Source: a virus (lineage: Duplodnaviria > Caudoviricetes). Taken from it: a stretch of DNA of 64,000 nt. Within the stretch, counting starts at the first letter, position 1; each line of letters starts with the position of its first letter. Below, piece after piece: positions 19,191 through 27,887 of this stretch. Below the pieces are notes generated by a model. That model was not told where the DNA came from. It saw only the letters and a list, made by a program, of their open reading frames with translations, and made no database searches. Location: IMG/VR virus record IMGVR_UViG_3300033273_000282, positions 32,001 through 96,000 of that record, one strand, 5' to 3'. The position numbers were made by a program, and so were the translations under genes.

Positions 19191-20312
19191 ATGCCAACAT
19201 CACCATATTTTCCTACTTACTATAGCGGTTATTCTGGCGAGCAAAATCTCGTACAGGATCTCGTTGACGAACAGATTAAACTGTTTGGATCAGACATCTA
19301 CTACATGCCAAGGACAATCCTAAAGGATAATACTTTGGATGATATCATCTATTCAAAGTATGAGTCTCAGTTTCAAATTGAGATGCTACTAGAGAATGTT
19401 ACTGGATTCGGAGAGACATCTGAGTTCATCAGTAAGTTCGGTCTACGTATTACAGATGAAGTAAAGTTCCGTGTATCTACAAGACGCTGGGACGAAGCTT
19501 CGAATGGATATGATCTGACTGTAGATGGTAGACCCAATGAAGGGGATCTTCTATACTTCCCTCTTACAAAAGACTTATATGAAATCAAATTTGTAGAGCG
19601 AGAGCAACCTTTCTACCAGATGGGTAAACTCCAGTTCTACACAATGACTGCCGAGATCTACGAGGTTGGTAGTGATAGTATTGAAACTGGTGTTGCTGAG
19701 ATCGATGTAATCGAAACAACTCAGTCTAGTTCTATCAAACTCTTCATGGACCCTGGTGGTACAGGAGACTTCATTGTTGGTGAAGAGATTGTGGGAGATG
19801 AGTTCCTTGCTAAGGCAACAGCAAGCATTGATAGTGGTGCCGTAGATAGTGTAATCATGACAGACACTGGTCTGTACTACAATCAGGCACTACCACCAAC
19901 AGTCACATTCACTGGAGGAGGAGCAACTACAAATGCTACGGGTACTGCTACGGTTTCTGCTACTGGTCTTATTACTGGTATCGTTATCACAGATGGCGGC
20001 AGTGGTTATACTTCTGAACCTACTGTCACAATCGACTACTCACCCAAAGACAATAGAGCAGAAGTCAAATCCTGGGATAGTGCTACCAGAGCACTCGAAG
20101 TCATCAACAGAACAGGAACGTTTACTACAGCGGAACTAGTTACTGGTCTAACCTCTGGTGCTAAGTGGAGTCCTGAGTCTTTCAACACTCTAAATAATAC
20201 CAACAGCAACTACGATCAAAATTATGAGATCGAAGAAGAGGCTGATGAATTAATCGATTGGGGAGAAATTAATCCCTTCGGTGAGTATGGTAACTTTATG
20301 GATTCATTCTAA
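19191..20312 (+). CDS. g14: Neck protein gp14 (with inserted Gly-rich beta module)
   Basis: 'EQNLVQDLVDEQIKLFGSDIYYMPR', 'RPNEGDLLYFPL' and 'EIKFVEREQPFYQMGK'; position between gp13 and gp15. Confidence 0.93.
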   Translation: MPTSPYFPTYYSGYSGEQNLVQDLVDEQIKLFGSDIYYMPRTILKDNTLDDIIYSKYESQFQIEMLLENVTGFGETSEFISKFGLRITDEVKFRVSTRRWDEASNGYDLTVDGRPNEGDLLYFPLTKDLYEIKFVEREQPFYQMGKLQFYTMTAEIYEVGSDSIETGVAEIDVIETTQSSSIKLFMDPGGTGDFIVGEEIVGDEFLAKATASIDSGAVDSVIMTDTGLYYNQALPPTVTFTGGGATTNATGTATVSATGLITGIVITDGGSGYTSEPTVTIDYSPKDNRAEVKSWDSATRALEVINRTGTFTTAELVTGLTSGAKWSPESFNTLNNTNSNYDQNYEIEEEADELIDWGEINPFGEYGNFMDSF

Positions 20313-21115
20313 TGCTTGGGGCACATTTTTATAACGAAGCTACCCGTAAGACCGTTATCGGTTTTGGTACGCTATTCAATAACATTGAACTTAAAAAAGT
20401 AGATCCCAACACAGGTGATGTGTTGGAGGTTGAAAAGGTTCCTCTTGCTTATGGACCTAAGCAAAAGTTCTTGGCACGTCTGGAGCAGAATCCAGATGTA
20501 GCAAACAAAGTTGCTATTACACTACCACGTCTTTATTTTGAGATGACTGGTATCACGTATGATGCTGCTCGTAAGACAAGTCCTGTACAAAAATACAGGA
20601 CTACTATTGCTGATGACGGCACAGAAGTTAAGACACAGTATGTTCCAGTTCCATACGATATGTCATTTGAACTAGGAATTATTGCCAAGTCTCAAGATGA
20701 TGGTCTACAGATTCTGGAACAAATTCTACCTTTCTTCCAACCAAACTTTAACATCACTCTCAACATGATTAGTGATATGGAGGAAAAGAGAGACATTGCT
20801 ATCGTTCTAAACAACATCAATTATGAAGATGATTGGGATGATAATTTCCTTGATCGTAGAAGTATTGTTTGGACTCTAAACTTTACTGCTAAGTCTTACA
20901 TCTACGGTCCTTACACCAACACAGGTATCATTCGTAAGGCAACTATTTACGAATCCGCTGGTGACCTTGCTCAAAGCAGAAGAACTGCTGCCTACAGTTA
21001 CTCACCTAAGGCACTAGAAGATAAGAACAATGATGGTGTTATCAATGCTGCTGATGATGAATTAATCATCTCTACCGACGACTTTGGATTTAATGAAGGG
21101 ATTGAAATCTTATGA
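20312..21115 (+). CDS. g15: Tail sheath stabilizer / tail terminator gp15
   Basis: 'HFYNEATRKTVIGFGTLFNNI', 'VPLAYGPKQKFL' and 'LQILEQILPFFQP'. Confidence 0.95.
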   Translation: MLGAHFYNEATRKTVIGFGTLFNNIELKKVDPNTGDVLEVEKVPLAYGPKQKFLARLEQNPDVANKVAITLPRLYFEMTGITYDAARKTSPVQKYRTTIADDGTEVKTQYVPVPYDMSFELGIIAKSQDDGLQILEQILPFFQPNFNITLNMISDMEEKRDIAIVLNNINYEDDWDDNFLDRRSIVWTLNFTAKSYIYGPYTNTGIIRKATIYESAGDLAQSRRTAAYSYSPKALEDKNNDGVINAADDELIISTDDFGFNEGIEIL

Positions 21116-21531
21116 GCAAATTTGAAGAGAACATGGAAAATATCTTTGATATCGAAGTTGAGTCTACAGATATTGAACCGTCCAAACCAGCGCCACCAAA
21201 GGCAGATAAAGACGATCAAACTAAAGACTATGAGTATACCCGTGGGTCTTTGTACTCACTCATAGACAAGGGCAGAGAGGCGCTAGACGGCGCTCTAGAG
21301 GTTGCTCAGGAGTCAGGGCACCCTAGGGCATACGAAGTCGCTGTGAACGCCATGAAGCAGGTAGCAGACGCCACTGACAAACTTATTGATCTTCAGCAGA
21401 AGATGAAAAACCTTGAGGCACCTACCAAGAGGGAGACCAACAACACTACAAACAATCTATTTGTTGGCAGCACAGCAGACCTCCAGAAAATGCTCAAACA
21501 AATAAATAAGAATGAAGAGAAAGGAGAGTAA
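21112..21531 (+). CDS. g16: Terminase small subunit gp16
   Basis: 'DYEYTRGSLYSLIDKG.EALDG.LEVAQESGHPRAYEV' and 'NNLFVGSTADLQKML'. Confidence 0.95.
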   Translation: MSKFEENMENIFDIEVESTDIEPSKPAPPKADKDDQTKDYEYTRGSLYSLIDKGREALDGALEVAQESGHPRAYEVAVNAMKQVADATDKLIDLQQKMKNLEAPTKRETNNTTNNLFVGSTADLQKMLKQINKNEEKGE

Positions 21532-21977
21532 TGTTAGTCACACCAATTGGTAAAATTACATCATTGGATTCTGCTTCCGATATTGACGCTGGGTATCCTT
21601 CTGGTAATGGAGGTGGCGTGTTGAATGGAAAAGAAATTCTACGAGCAAGCATTGTTAAAATTAACAATGCTTCAGACAAACCTGTTTGTGCCAGAGTAGT
21701 TAGAGTTACTGGTCTCAATACAACGACTGGAGAACCATATAGTATTTTCCAGCAAAATAATATTGAGACTTTCAACTATCACGATATGATTATTGCTGCT
21801 GGTGAGACTGCCTACATCAGAAAAGAACCTACTCAAACTACTTTCGACGATCCTGACATTCCAACTTACAAGGATCAACCAGCATCTGGTGGAGAAACTA
21901 TTCAGATAAGATTGGCACCAAACCAAACTGCTGGCACTGGTTATGTCTATGCTTCCCCTGTAACAATCGTTGGGTAA
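21531..21977 (+). CDS. Hypothetical protein
   Basis: 148-aa ORF coupled to gp16 (TAATG overlap). Confidence 0.6.
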   Translation: MLVTPIGKITSLDSASDIDAGYPSGNGGGVLNGKEILRASIVKINNASDKPVCARVVRVTGLNTTTGEPYSIFQQNNIETFNYHDMIIAAGETAYIRKEPTQTTFDDPDIPTYKDQPASGGETIQIRLAPNQTAGTGYVYASPVTIVG

Positions 21978-21982
21978 TAAAT

Positions 21983-22264
21983 ATGAAGTCGTTTAAAGAC
22001 CTCAGGGATGACATTCAAGAAGCAGCCTGGACTAGAAAAGAAGGTAAGAAACAGTCTGGTGGTCTTAACGAGAAAGGACGAAAGTCTTACGAAAGAGAAA
22101 ATCCAGGATCTGACCTTAAAGCACCAAGCAAGAAAGTTGGAAATCCCCGTAGGAAATCATTCTGTGCTCGAATGAAAGGAATGAAAGCAAAACTAACTTC
22201 CAAGAAAACAGCACGTGATCCAGACTCCCGTATTAACAAATCATTACGAGCCTGGAATTGTTGA
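21983..22264 (+). CDS. Conserved basic cyanophage protein (DUF6321-like)
   Basis: 'AAWTRKEGK..SGGLNEKGRKSY..ENPGSDLKAP...RRKSFCARMKG...SRINKSLRAWNC'. Confidence 0.75.
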   Translation: MKSFKDLRDDIQEAAWTRKEGKKQSGGLNEKGRKSYERENPGSDLKAPSKKVGNPRRKSFCARMKGMKAKLTSKKTARDPDSRINKSLRAWNC

Positions 22265-22299
22265 CCTGAATAGATATAATTACATTATTAGAATGGCAT

Positions 22300-22455
22300 A
22301 TGGAAATGAGACTAAACTCAGATGACATTGCACGTTTGATTCGTGCTTGTGAAATGTACAAGGACTACACAGGATCTGAATACATGTGGGACGAGTATGA
22401 TCGTCTCGAAAAGAAACTGATGTATTACGAAGAAGAGAATTGCCCTGAGGAATAG
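22300..22455 (+). CDS. Small conserved hypothetical protein (51 aa; not in ORF track)
   Basis: Manual translation: MEMRLNSDDIARLIRACEMYKDYTGSEYMWDEYDRLEKKLMYYEEENCPEE. Confidence 0.65.
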   Translation: MEMRLNSDDIARLIRACEMYKDYTGSEYMWDEYDRLEKKLMYYEEENCPEE

Positions 22456-22548
22456 TCAGGAAGTCAAGACAAAACCACGCTACAATAAGCTACAGATAGG
22501 TAGCAGAAGGCGGGATCCTCCTAGATAAAGTAGCTGCTATAAAGTTAT

Positions 22549-22872
22549 ATGAAGTTTATTCTAGGACTTCTAGCTACAATGTTTCTCGCATTCCCAGCAT
22601 GGGCAGTCGATGTCCAAATGGGATACGACGGAAACCTCGTCTTCGAACCAGCAGAAGTCACTATTTCCGCTGGTGAGTCAGTTCATTTTGTTAATAATAT
22701 GCTTCCTCCTCATAATGTAGTGGTGGAAGATCATCCAGAAATTTCACACGAAGGTCTCGCTATGATGCCTGGCGAAGAGTTCGATGTTGTATTTGCTGAA
22801 GCAGGTGACTATACTTACTGGTGTGGTCCTCATAAGGGGGCTGGCATGATCGGTACAGTACATGTTGAATGA
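22549..22872 (+). CDS. petE: Plastocyanin
   Basis: Signal peptide ending 'AFPAWA', then 'LVFEP', 'PPHNVV' and 'YWCGPHKGAGM' (His/Cys/His/Met Cu ligands). Confidence 0.97.
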   Translation: MKFILGLLATMFLAFPAWAVDVQMGYDGNLVFEPAEVTISAGESVHFVNNMLPPHNVVVEDHPEISHEGLAMMPGEEFDVVFAEAGDYTYWCGPHKGAGMIGTVHVE

Positions 22873-23375
22873 TGAAAAAACTAAACACTGTTGTTTTAGA
22901 CATCACTGTTGCAATACTAGACTTCCTTTATCAAGGAAGAGACTATCCCCGCTTTTGGGTGCTTGAGGAAATTGCTCGGGCACCCTATTTTGCGTTCTTA
23001 AGTGTCTTACATTTTAGAGAAAGCATGGGACTTCGTGGTCCTGAGCACATAGATCTAATGATAGAACACTTCGAGCAATCAATCAATGAAACAGAACATC
23101 TGGAATACATGGAAAGCAGGGGCGGTAATTCTTATTGGATTGATCGCTTTGTTGCCAAACACCTCGTCCTTATCTATTATTGGGTCAATGTGGTTTATTA
23201 CTGGGTGGCTCCTAAGTCTGCATACCATTTGTCGTATGAAGTAGAGATTCATGCTGCTACAACATATGCCAAATACTTGGCACTCAATGGTCACGATGAA
23301 AAGATCCTTGAGATCTTAAATGATGAACTACAGCACTCTCGTGAATTAGAAAAAGCGATGGAGAATGTCAAATGA
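22869..23375 (+). CDS. ptox: Plastoquinol terminal oxidase
   Basis: Di-iron motifs 'LEEIARAPYFAF', 'NETEHL', 'EVEIHAATTY' and 'DELQH'. Confidence 0.95.
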   Translation: MMKKLNTVVLDITVAILDFLYQGRDYPRFWVLEEIARAPYFAFLSVLHFRESMGLRGPEHIDLMIEHFEQSINETEHLEYMESRGGNSYWIDRFVAKHLVLIYYWVNVVYYWVAPKSAYHLSYEVEIHAATTYAKYLALNGHDEKILEILNDELQHSRELEKAMENVK

Positions 23376-23590
23376 AATGGAAATGGGGTAAGGATATAGA
23401 TCCACCAGATCACGTAACCAAAGCAGAAGTGCAGGAGATGATCGACGATGCCATACGAAAACATAATCGTAATGCTGGAATTATCAGCATGTGTGTTGGT
23501 TGGGTTGTTCTTGCACTTTTTGCTGAAGGTCTGCTTCGACTTATTGGAGTAATCGATCCCGTATTACCATGGCTCAACATACACTTATAA
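23372..23590 (+). CDS. Hypothetical membrane protein
   Basis: 'EVQEMIDDAIRKHNRNAGIISMCVGWVVLALF': one TM helix, a common cyanophage small ORF type. Confidence 0.65.
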   Translation: MKWKWGKDIDPPDHVTKAEVQEMIDDAIRKHNRNAGIISMCVGWVVLALFAEGLLRLIGVIDPVLPWLNIHL

Positions 23591-23751
23591 TTGAATGGAT
23601 AGGCATTATCTTTGCCCTGGTATTTGGTGTGACCATGTTCTGTCAAGGTCATGCTATATTTCATGGTAAATATGGATATAGACATTATGAGCGTGATAAG
23701 CAAAAGATGTCTGATGCCCGTAAACAAGTAGAGGATTTATTTAAAAAATGA
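23569..23751 (+). CDS. Hypothetical membrane protein
   Basis: 60 aa with an N-terminal TM segment. Confidence 0.55.
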   Translation: MAQHTLIIEWIGIIFALVFGVTMFCQGHAIFHGKYGYRHYERDKQKMSDARKQVEDLFKK

Positions 23752-24767
23752 AAGTAGGAATAATTGGACTAGGTAGGATGGGCGAGGGCATGTCCCGTCG
23801 TCTCATTGCTGCTGGTCACGAAGTACACGGATTTAGAAACAATGTTCAAAAAGCTGAGGCACAATATGAGGCGGGTTATATCAGTGGATATACCACTTCT
23901 ATACAAAGCCTTGTTCAAGTAGTTGGTGACAAAGGTCCTGGCGTCTATATGATGGTAGTACCAGCAGAAACTGTGGAGGACACACTTAATGAGTTACTAC
24001 AATTTTGTGTGGAGGGTGATATTATTATTGATCATGGCAATTCCAATTTTAAGGACTCTAGACGGAGGGCAGAAAGGTTGTCTAAACTGGGCATCCAATA
24101 TCTTGACTGTGGTACTAGTGGTGGTGTTTACGGTTTGGAGCGTGGATACTGTCTTATGGTTGGTGGTTCAGATACTGCAGTATCCGTCTGCCGTCCTATC
24201 TTTGACGCACTCGCCCCAGGCATCGATGCTGCCCCTAGAACCGATGACAGAAGCTACGTTACACCTGCTGAATCAGGTTGGTTACGTTGTGGCGGTCCTG
24301 GAGCAGGTCACTTTGTGAAGATGGTTCACAACGGGATTGAATATGGTATAATGCAATCCTATGCCGAAGGTTTCAACATTCTCCATGAAGCAAACGCAGG
24401 TGCTAAGTATGTCAAAGCAGGAGACGCAGAGGTCGCCCCAATGGACAACCCTGCCGATTATCAGTATGATATCAACGTTGCTGAGGTGGCTGAGTTATGG
24501 CGTCGTGGTAGCGTGGTTGGTAGTTGGTTACTCGATCTTACCGCTGATGTTCTACGGCACGATAGAGAGCTTAGCAAATTCGATGGGGGAGTTAGCGACA
24601 GTGGTGAGGGTCGTTGGACGGTTCACGCTGCTGTGGATCTTGGCGTACCCGCTCCTGTCATCAGCAGTGCGTTGTGGGCACGCTTTGAGTCGCGCCGTCT
24701 TGGTGCTTTCACAGCCAAGGTTTTGAATGGAATGAGAGCTATGTTTGGTGGTCATGACGTTCGCTGA
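23748..24767 (+). CDS. gnd: 6-phosphogluconate dehydrogenase (short GndA type)
   Basis: 'KVGIIGLGRMG', 'IIIDHGNS', 'YLDCGTSGG', 'GAGHFVKMVHNGIEYG' and 'RAMFGGH'. Confidence 0.97.
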   Translation: MKVGIIGLGRMGEGMSRRLIAAGHEVHGFRNNVQKAEAQYEAGYISGYTTSIQSLVQVVGDKGPGVYMMVVPAETVEDTLNELLQFCVEGDIIIDHGNSNFKDSRRRAERLSKLGIQYLDCGTSGGVYGLERGYCLMVGGSDTAVSVCRPIFDALAPGIDAAPRTDDRSYVTPAESGWLRCGGPGAGHFVKMVHNGIEYGIMQSYAEGFNILHEANAGAKYVKAGDAEVAPMDNPADYQYDINVAEVAELWRRGSVVGSWLLDLTADVLRHDRELSKFDGGVSDSGEGRWTVHAAVDLGVPAPVISSALWARFESRRLGAFTAKVLNGMRAMFGGHDVR

Positions 24768-24885
24768 TGTCTTACTTTGGGGAGCAATACCCTTTTTATG
24801 TGCCACCCTGTTCTTTGGAGCCTATAAGGGTGAAACTCAATACTACGATTCGGACGACTATGATGGAAACGGCACCGCTCACTAA
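24754..24885 (+). CDS. ndhP: NDH-1 small subunit NdhP homolog (43 aa; not in ORF track)
   Basis: Manual translation: MTFADVLLWGAIPFLCATLFFGAYKGETQYYDSDDYDGNGTAH. One TM helix, then the NdhP signature LFFG....(F/Y)YD.D.Y.GNG.AH. Confidence 0.85.
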   Translation: MTFADVLLWGAIPFLCATLFFGAYKGETQYYDSDDYDGNGTAH

Positions 24886-26200
24886 GGGAATTGTTATCTT
24901 TGGAGCAACGGGAGACCTTTGTAAAAAGAAACTAATTCCAGCACTCTACAAACTATGGCAGAAAGATCTTCTACCAGACAACTTTTTAATTACTGGTTGT
25001 GCCAGAAGATCACCATCTGCTAAAGAGTGGAAAGAATCTCTGGGAAATTATCCAGAAGAGTTCTTCTACCATTTAGATTATGTTTCTGCTGATTTAGATA
25101 ATCCAAATTCTCTCAGGGCACTTCCACATTATCTAGATGATATGACTTACTTTCTTTCTGTTCCACCAGAAAGATATGCTTCAGCAATAGAATCACTCAA
25201 ATCTATAGGTAGGTTAGATGATCCAGAAAAAACTAGGGTGGTTATCGAGAAACCCTTTGGGCACGATTATAAATCTGCTGATCATTTATCATCTGTGGTG
25301 GCTCGACATCTACGCGAGAAACAAGTATATCGCATTGACCATTATCTCGGCAAAGATACTGTTAATAATATCCTTGCCACTCGCTTTAGTAATATACTTC
25401 TGGAGCCACTTTGGAACAGGCAGTACATAGATGAGGTACAGATCTTTGCTTCTGAAACTATCGGTTGCGAAGGTCGTTCTCAATACTATGAGACTGCTGG
25501 TGCTGTGCGTGACATGCTACAGAACCATATTCTACAGGTGTTTTCACTGGTTGCTATGGAACCTCCCTGTCGTATGGACGCTAGGGAAGTCAGACGTGAG
25601 AAGACAAAAGTTCTTGCTGCTACTCGCTTAGGGGAGGATACAACCTTTGGACAATATGCTGGCTACAAATCTGAAGAGGGCGTTGATCCTAACAGTGGCA
25701 CTCCTACCTTCGTTGCTGGTACTTTATACTGTGATAACTGGCGTTGGGAGGGAGTTCCTTTTCGCTTCATGACTGGTAAGAAACTTCCCTACCAATGTGT
25801 AGAGGTAGTTATTAAACTCAAGGTACCACCACTCAAACTATACGAGGGCGAAGTAAATGATCGTATCGTTATGCGTTTACAGCCTAATCCTCATCTGGAT
25901 ATCCGTATGGATATCAAAGCACCTGGACTGAACGATAGTCTAGAACTTGCTACACTTACTCATGCCTATCCTCAGGACAGAGCGGTTGATGGCTACGAAA
26001 AACTTTTATATGATGCTATCAATGGTGATCAATCACACTTCGTCCATGTTGATGAAGTCATGGAGTCTTGGAGGATTGTAGATGACCTTCTTTGTACTGG
26101 TGATAGTTGTCCAATTCGCACTGTCCCTTACATCTACACTGGTGGGTGGGGTCCGACGTACAAGACCGAACGCATCACGAAATGGGATTACCCTTCTTGA
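24863..26200 (+). CDS. zwf: Glucose-6-phosphate dehydrogenase
   Basis: 'IVIFGATGDLCKKKLIPALY', 'RVVIEKPFG', 'YRIDHYLGK' and 'RWEGVPF'. Start is likely ATG 24860/24863 rather than 24767. Confidence 0.97.
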   Translation: METAPLTKGIVIFGATGDLCKKKLIPALYKLWQKDLLPDNFLITGCARRSPSAKEWKESLGNYPEEFFYHLDYVSADLDNPNSLRALPHYLDDMTYFLSVPPERYASAIESLKSIGRLDDPEKTRVVIEKPFGHDYKSADHLSSVVARHLREKQVYRIDHYLGKDTVNNILATRFSNILLEPLWNRQYIDEVQIFASETIGCEGRSQYYETAGAVRDMLQNHILQVFSLVAMEPPCRMDAREVRREKTKVLAATRLGEDTTFGQYAGYKSEEGVDPNSGTPTFVAGTLYCDNWRWEGVPFRFMTGKKLPYQCVEVVIKLKVPPLKLYEGEVNDRIVMRLQPNPHLDIRMDIKAPGLNDSLELATLTHAYPQDRAVDGYEKLLYDAINGDQSHFVHVDEVMESWRIVDDLLCTGDSCPIRTVPYIYTGGWGPTYKTERITKWDYPS

Positions 26201-26230
26201 CAAAGAGTATGAAGAAGTGTAAACTAAATA
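26197..26230 (+). promoter_or_regulatory. Composite psbD promoter: sigma70-like TTGACA-N17-TAAACT plus overlapping late CTAAATA
   Basis: TTGACA 26197-26202, TAAACT 26220-26225, CTAAATA 26224-26230; GGAGG SD before ATG 26255. Confidence 0.75.
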
Positions 26231-26254
26231 TCATAATAAATACGATTGGAGGTT

Positions 26255-27316
26255 ATGGCTTCTTCAACTCTTTCGCCGCCCATTTCACAGCGAGGTTGGT
26301 TCGATGTCCTGGATGACTGGCTTAAACGAGACCGCTTTGTATTTGTGGGCTGGTCTGGACTATTACTTTTTCCCACTGCTTATCTGGCAATTGGTGGCTG
26401 GCTTACTGGCACGACGTTTGTTACAAGCTGGTACACCCACGGGCTTGCGTCTTCTTACCTTGAGGGCGCTAATTTTCTCACGGCAGCAGTGTCAACTCCT
26501 GCTGACGCTATGGGTCATTCTCTTCTTCTACTTTGGGGTCCTGAGTCTCAGGGAGACATTATCAGGTGGTTCCAACTGGGAGGACTCTGGAATTTTGTGG
26601 CGCTCCACGGAGCCTTTGCTCTCATAGGATTTATGCTTCGGCAGTTTGAGATTAGTCGTTTAGTAGGTATTCGTCCGTACAATGCTATCGCTTTTTCAGG
26701 TCCGATTGCTGTCTTTACTTCTGTTTTTCTAATTTACCCTCTCGGACAATCCAGTTGGTTCTTTGCGCCGTCGTTTGGTGTTGCAGCGATATTTAGGTTC
26801 CTCCTATTCCTACAGGGCTTCCACAACTGGACGCTCAACCCGTTTCATATGATGGGTGTAGCAGGTATCCTTGGAGGAGCCTTGCTTTCTGCGATCCATG
26901 GTGTTACAGTAGAGAATACTTTGTATGAAGACGGTGAGCAAGCAAACACGTTCAAAGCATTCGACACAACTCAAGAAGAAGAAACTTATTCAATGGTTAC
27001 GGCTAATCGTTTTTGGTCGCAGATTTTCGGTATTGCGTTTAGCAATAAGCGTTGGTTGCATTTTTTCATGTTGTTTGTTCCTGTTATGGGTCTCTGGACA
27101 TCTTCAATCGGGATCATCGGTCTTGCACTCAACCTTCGTGCATACGATTTTGTAAGTCAGGAGATTAGAGCGGCAGAGGATCCTGAGTTTGAGACGTTCT
27201 ACACCAAGAACATTCTATTGAATGAAGGTCTACGTGCTTGGATGGCACCAGTCGATCAGCCACATGAGAACTTCGTCTTCCCAGAAGAAGTGTTGCCAAG
27301 GGGCAACGCTCTGTGA
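26255..27316 (+). CDS. psbD: Photosystem II D2 protein
   Basis: '[25 protein letters not shown]', '[15 protein letters not shown]' and '[10 protein letters not shown]'; full length (353 aa) with no intron. Confidence 0.99.
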   Translation: MASSTLSPPISQRGWFDVLDDWLKRDRFVFVGWSGLLLFPTAYLAIGGWLTGTTFVTSWYTHGLASSYLEGANFLTAAVSTPADAMGHSLLLLWGPESQGDIIRWFQLGGLWNFVALHGAFALIGFMLRQFEISRLVGIRPYNAIAFSGPIAVFTSVFLIYPLGQSSWFFAPSFGVAAIFRFLLFLQGFHNWTLNPFHMMGVAGILGGALLSAIHGVTVENTLYEDGEQANTFKAFDTTQEEETYSMVTANRFWSQIFGIAFSNKRWLHFFMLFVPVMGLWTSSIGIIGLALNLRAYDFVSQEIRAAEDPEFETFYTKNILLNEGLRAWMAPVDQPHENFVFPEEVLPRGNAL

Positions 27317-27573
27317 TATACTACGAGGGTCAAACGACCCTCTTTTTAATGGAAGAAGAAGTTAAGTGGATCGATGATGCCTTCCGAATGGAGAAGACAC
27401 GCATGGGTCTCTGGAAAAGCGTACTCAAGGAGGGAGAAAAAGATTTCATCTTTGGACTTGAGCATGACTCGGTAGTATCGATTAGCCGATGGCATCTGAA
27501 GTGCCTACAGGATGGTACACTTGATCAGCACACTAAGGTTGTCAACGATGGTAAAGTTGGTGGTAAGCTGTAG
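27313..27573 (+). CDS. Hypothetical protein
   Basis: 86-aa ORF starting at a GTG that overlaps the psbD stop. Confidence 0.5.
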   Translation: MIYYEGQTTLFLMEEEVKWIDDAFRMEKTRMGLWKSVLKEGEKDFIFGLEHDSVVSISRWHLKCLQDGTLDQHTKVVNDGKVGGKL

Positions 27574-27580
27574 GGAAAAT

Positions 27581-27651
27581 GACTTTTTAGTTACAAAAAA
27601 GTCGAAAAAAAAATTCTGGCAATTTTTTTGCCCCCAGGGTTTTTCTAAATA
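27581..27651. other. A/T-tract-rich intergenic element with inverted repeats, ending in a CTAAATA late promoter
   Basis: GACTTTTT-agttac-AAAAAAGTC hairpin, AAAAAAATT/AATTTTTTT inverted repeat, CTAAATA at 27645. Confidence 0.6.
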
Positions 27652-27674
27652 TATCTAACGTGTGAACTCCAGTC

Positions 27675-27887
27675 ATGGAAAACATCGAACAACACATTGA
27701 GAAGGACAAAGCGATTCTTCAAGATCCCACCCTCTCTCCACAGATGCGCCGACATACTGCTGAAGAGTTGAAAGAGCTTGAAGAATACGCAAAGCGTCAT
27801 CCAGACGATCATCATGATCCCACTCCATTGGAGTTGTATTGTGACACGCACCCTGGAGATCTGGAGTGTAGAGTATACGAAGACTGA
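27675..27887 (+). CDS. cp12: CP12 Calvin-cycle inhibitor (C-terminal-cysteine type)
   Basis: C-terminus 'DPTPLELYCDTHPGDLECRVYED' with the CP12 Cys pair; N-terminal Cys pair absent. Confidence 0.93.
   Translation: MENIEQHIEKDKAILQDPTLSPQMRRHTAEELKELEEYAKRHPDDHHDPTPLELYCDTHPGDLECRVYED

Noticed and set aside
22261-22290. sigma70 promoter TTGACC..TATAAT before the 22300 ORF
   Set aside because: The spacing between the boxes is only 8 nt, so it is not a canonical promoter.
24767-24862. N-terminal extension of zwf called by the ORF track
   Set aside because: This stretch is occupied by ndhP in another frame; Zwf homology starts at METAPLTKGIVIFGATGDL.
26255-27316. Intron or homing endonuclease in psbD
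   Set aside because: The ORF is continuous and full length (353 aa), and no HNH or GIY-YIG ORF was seen next to it.
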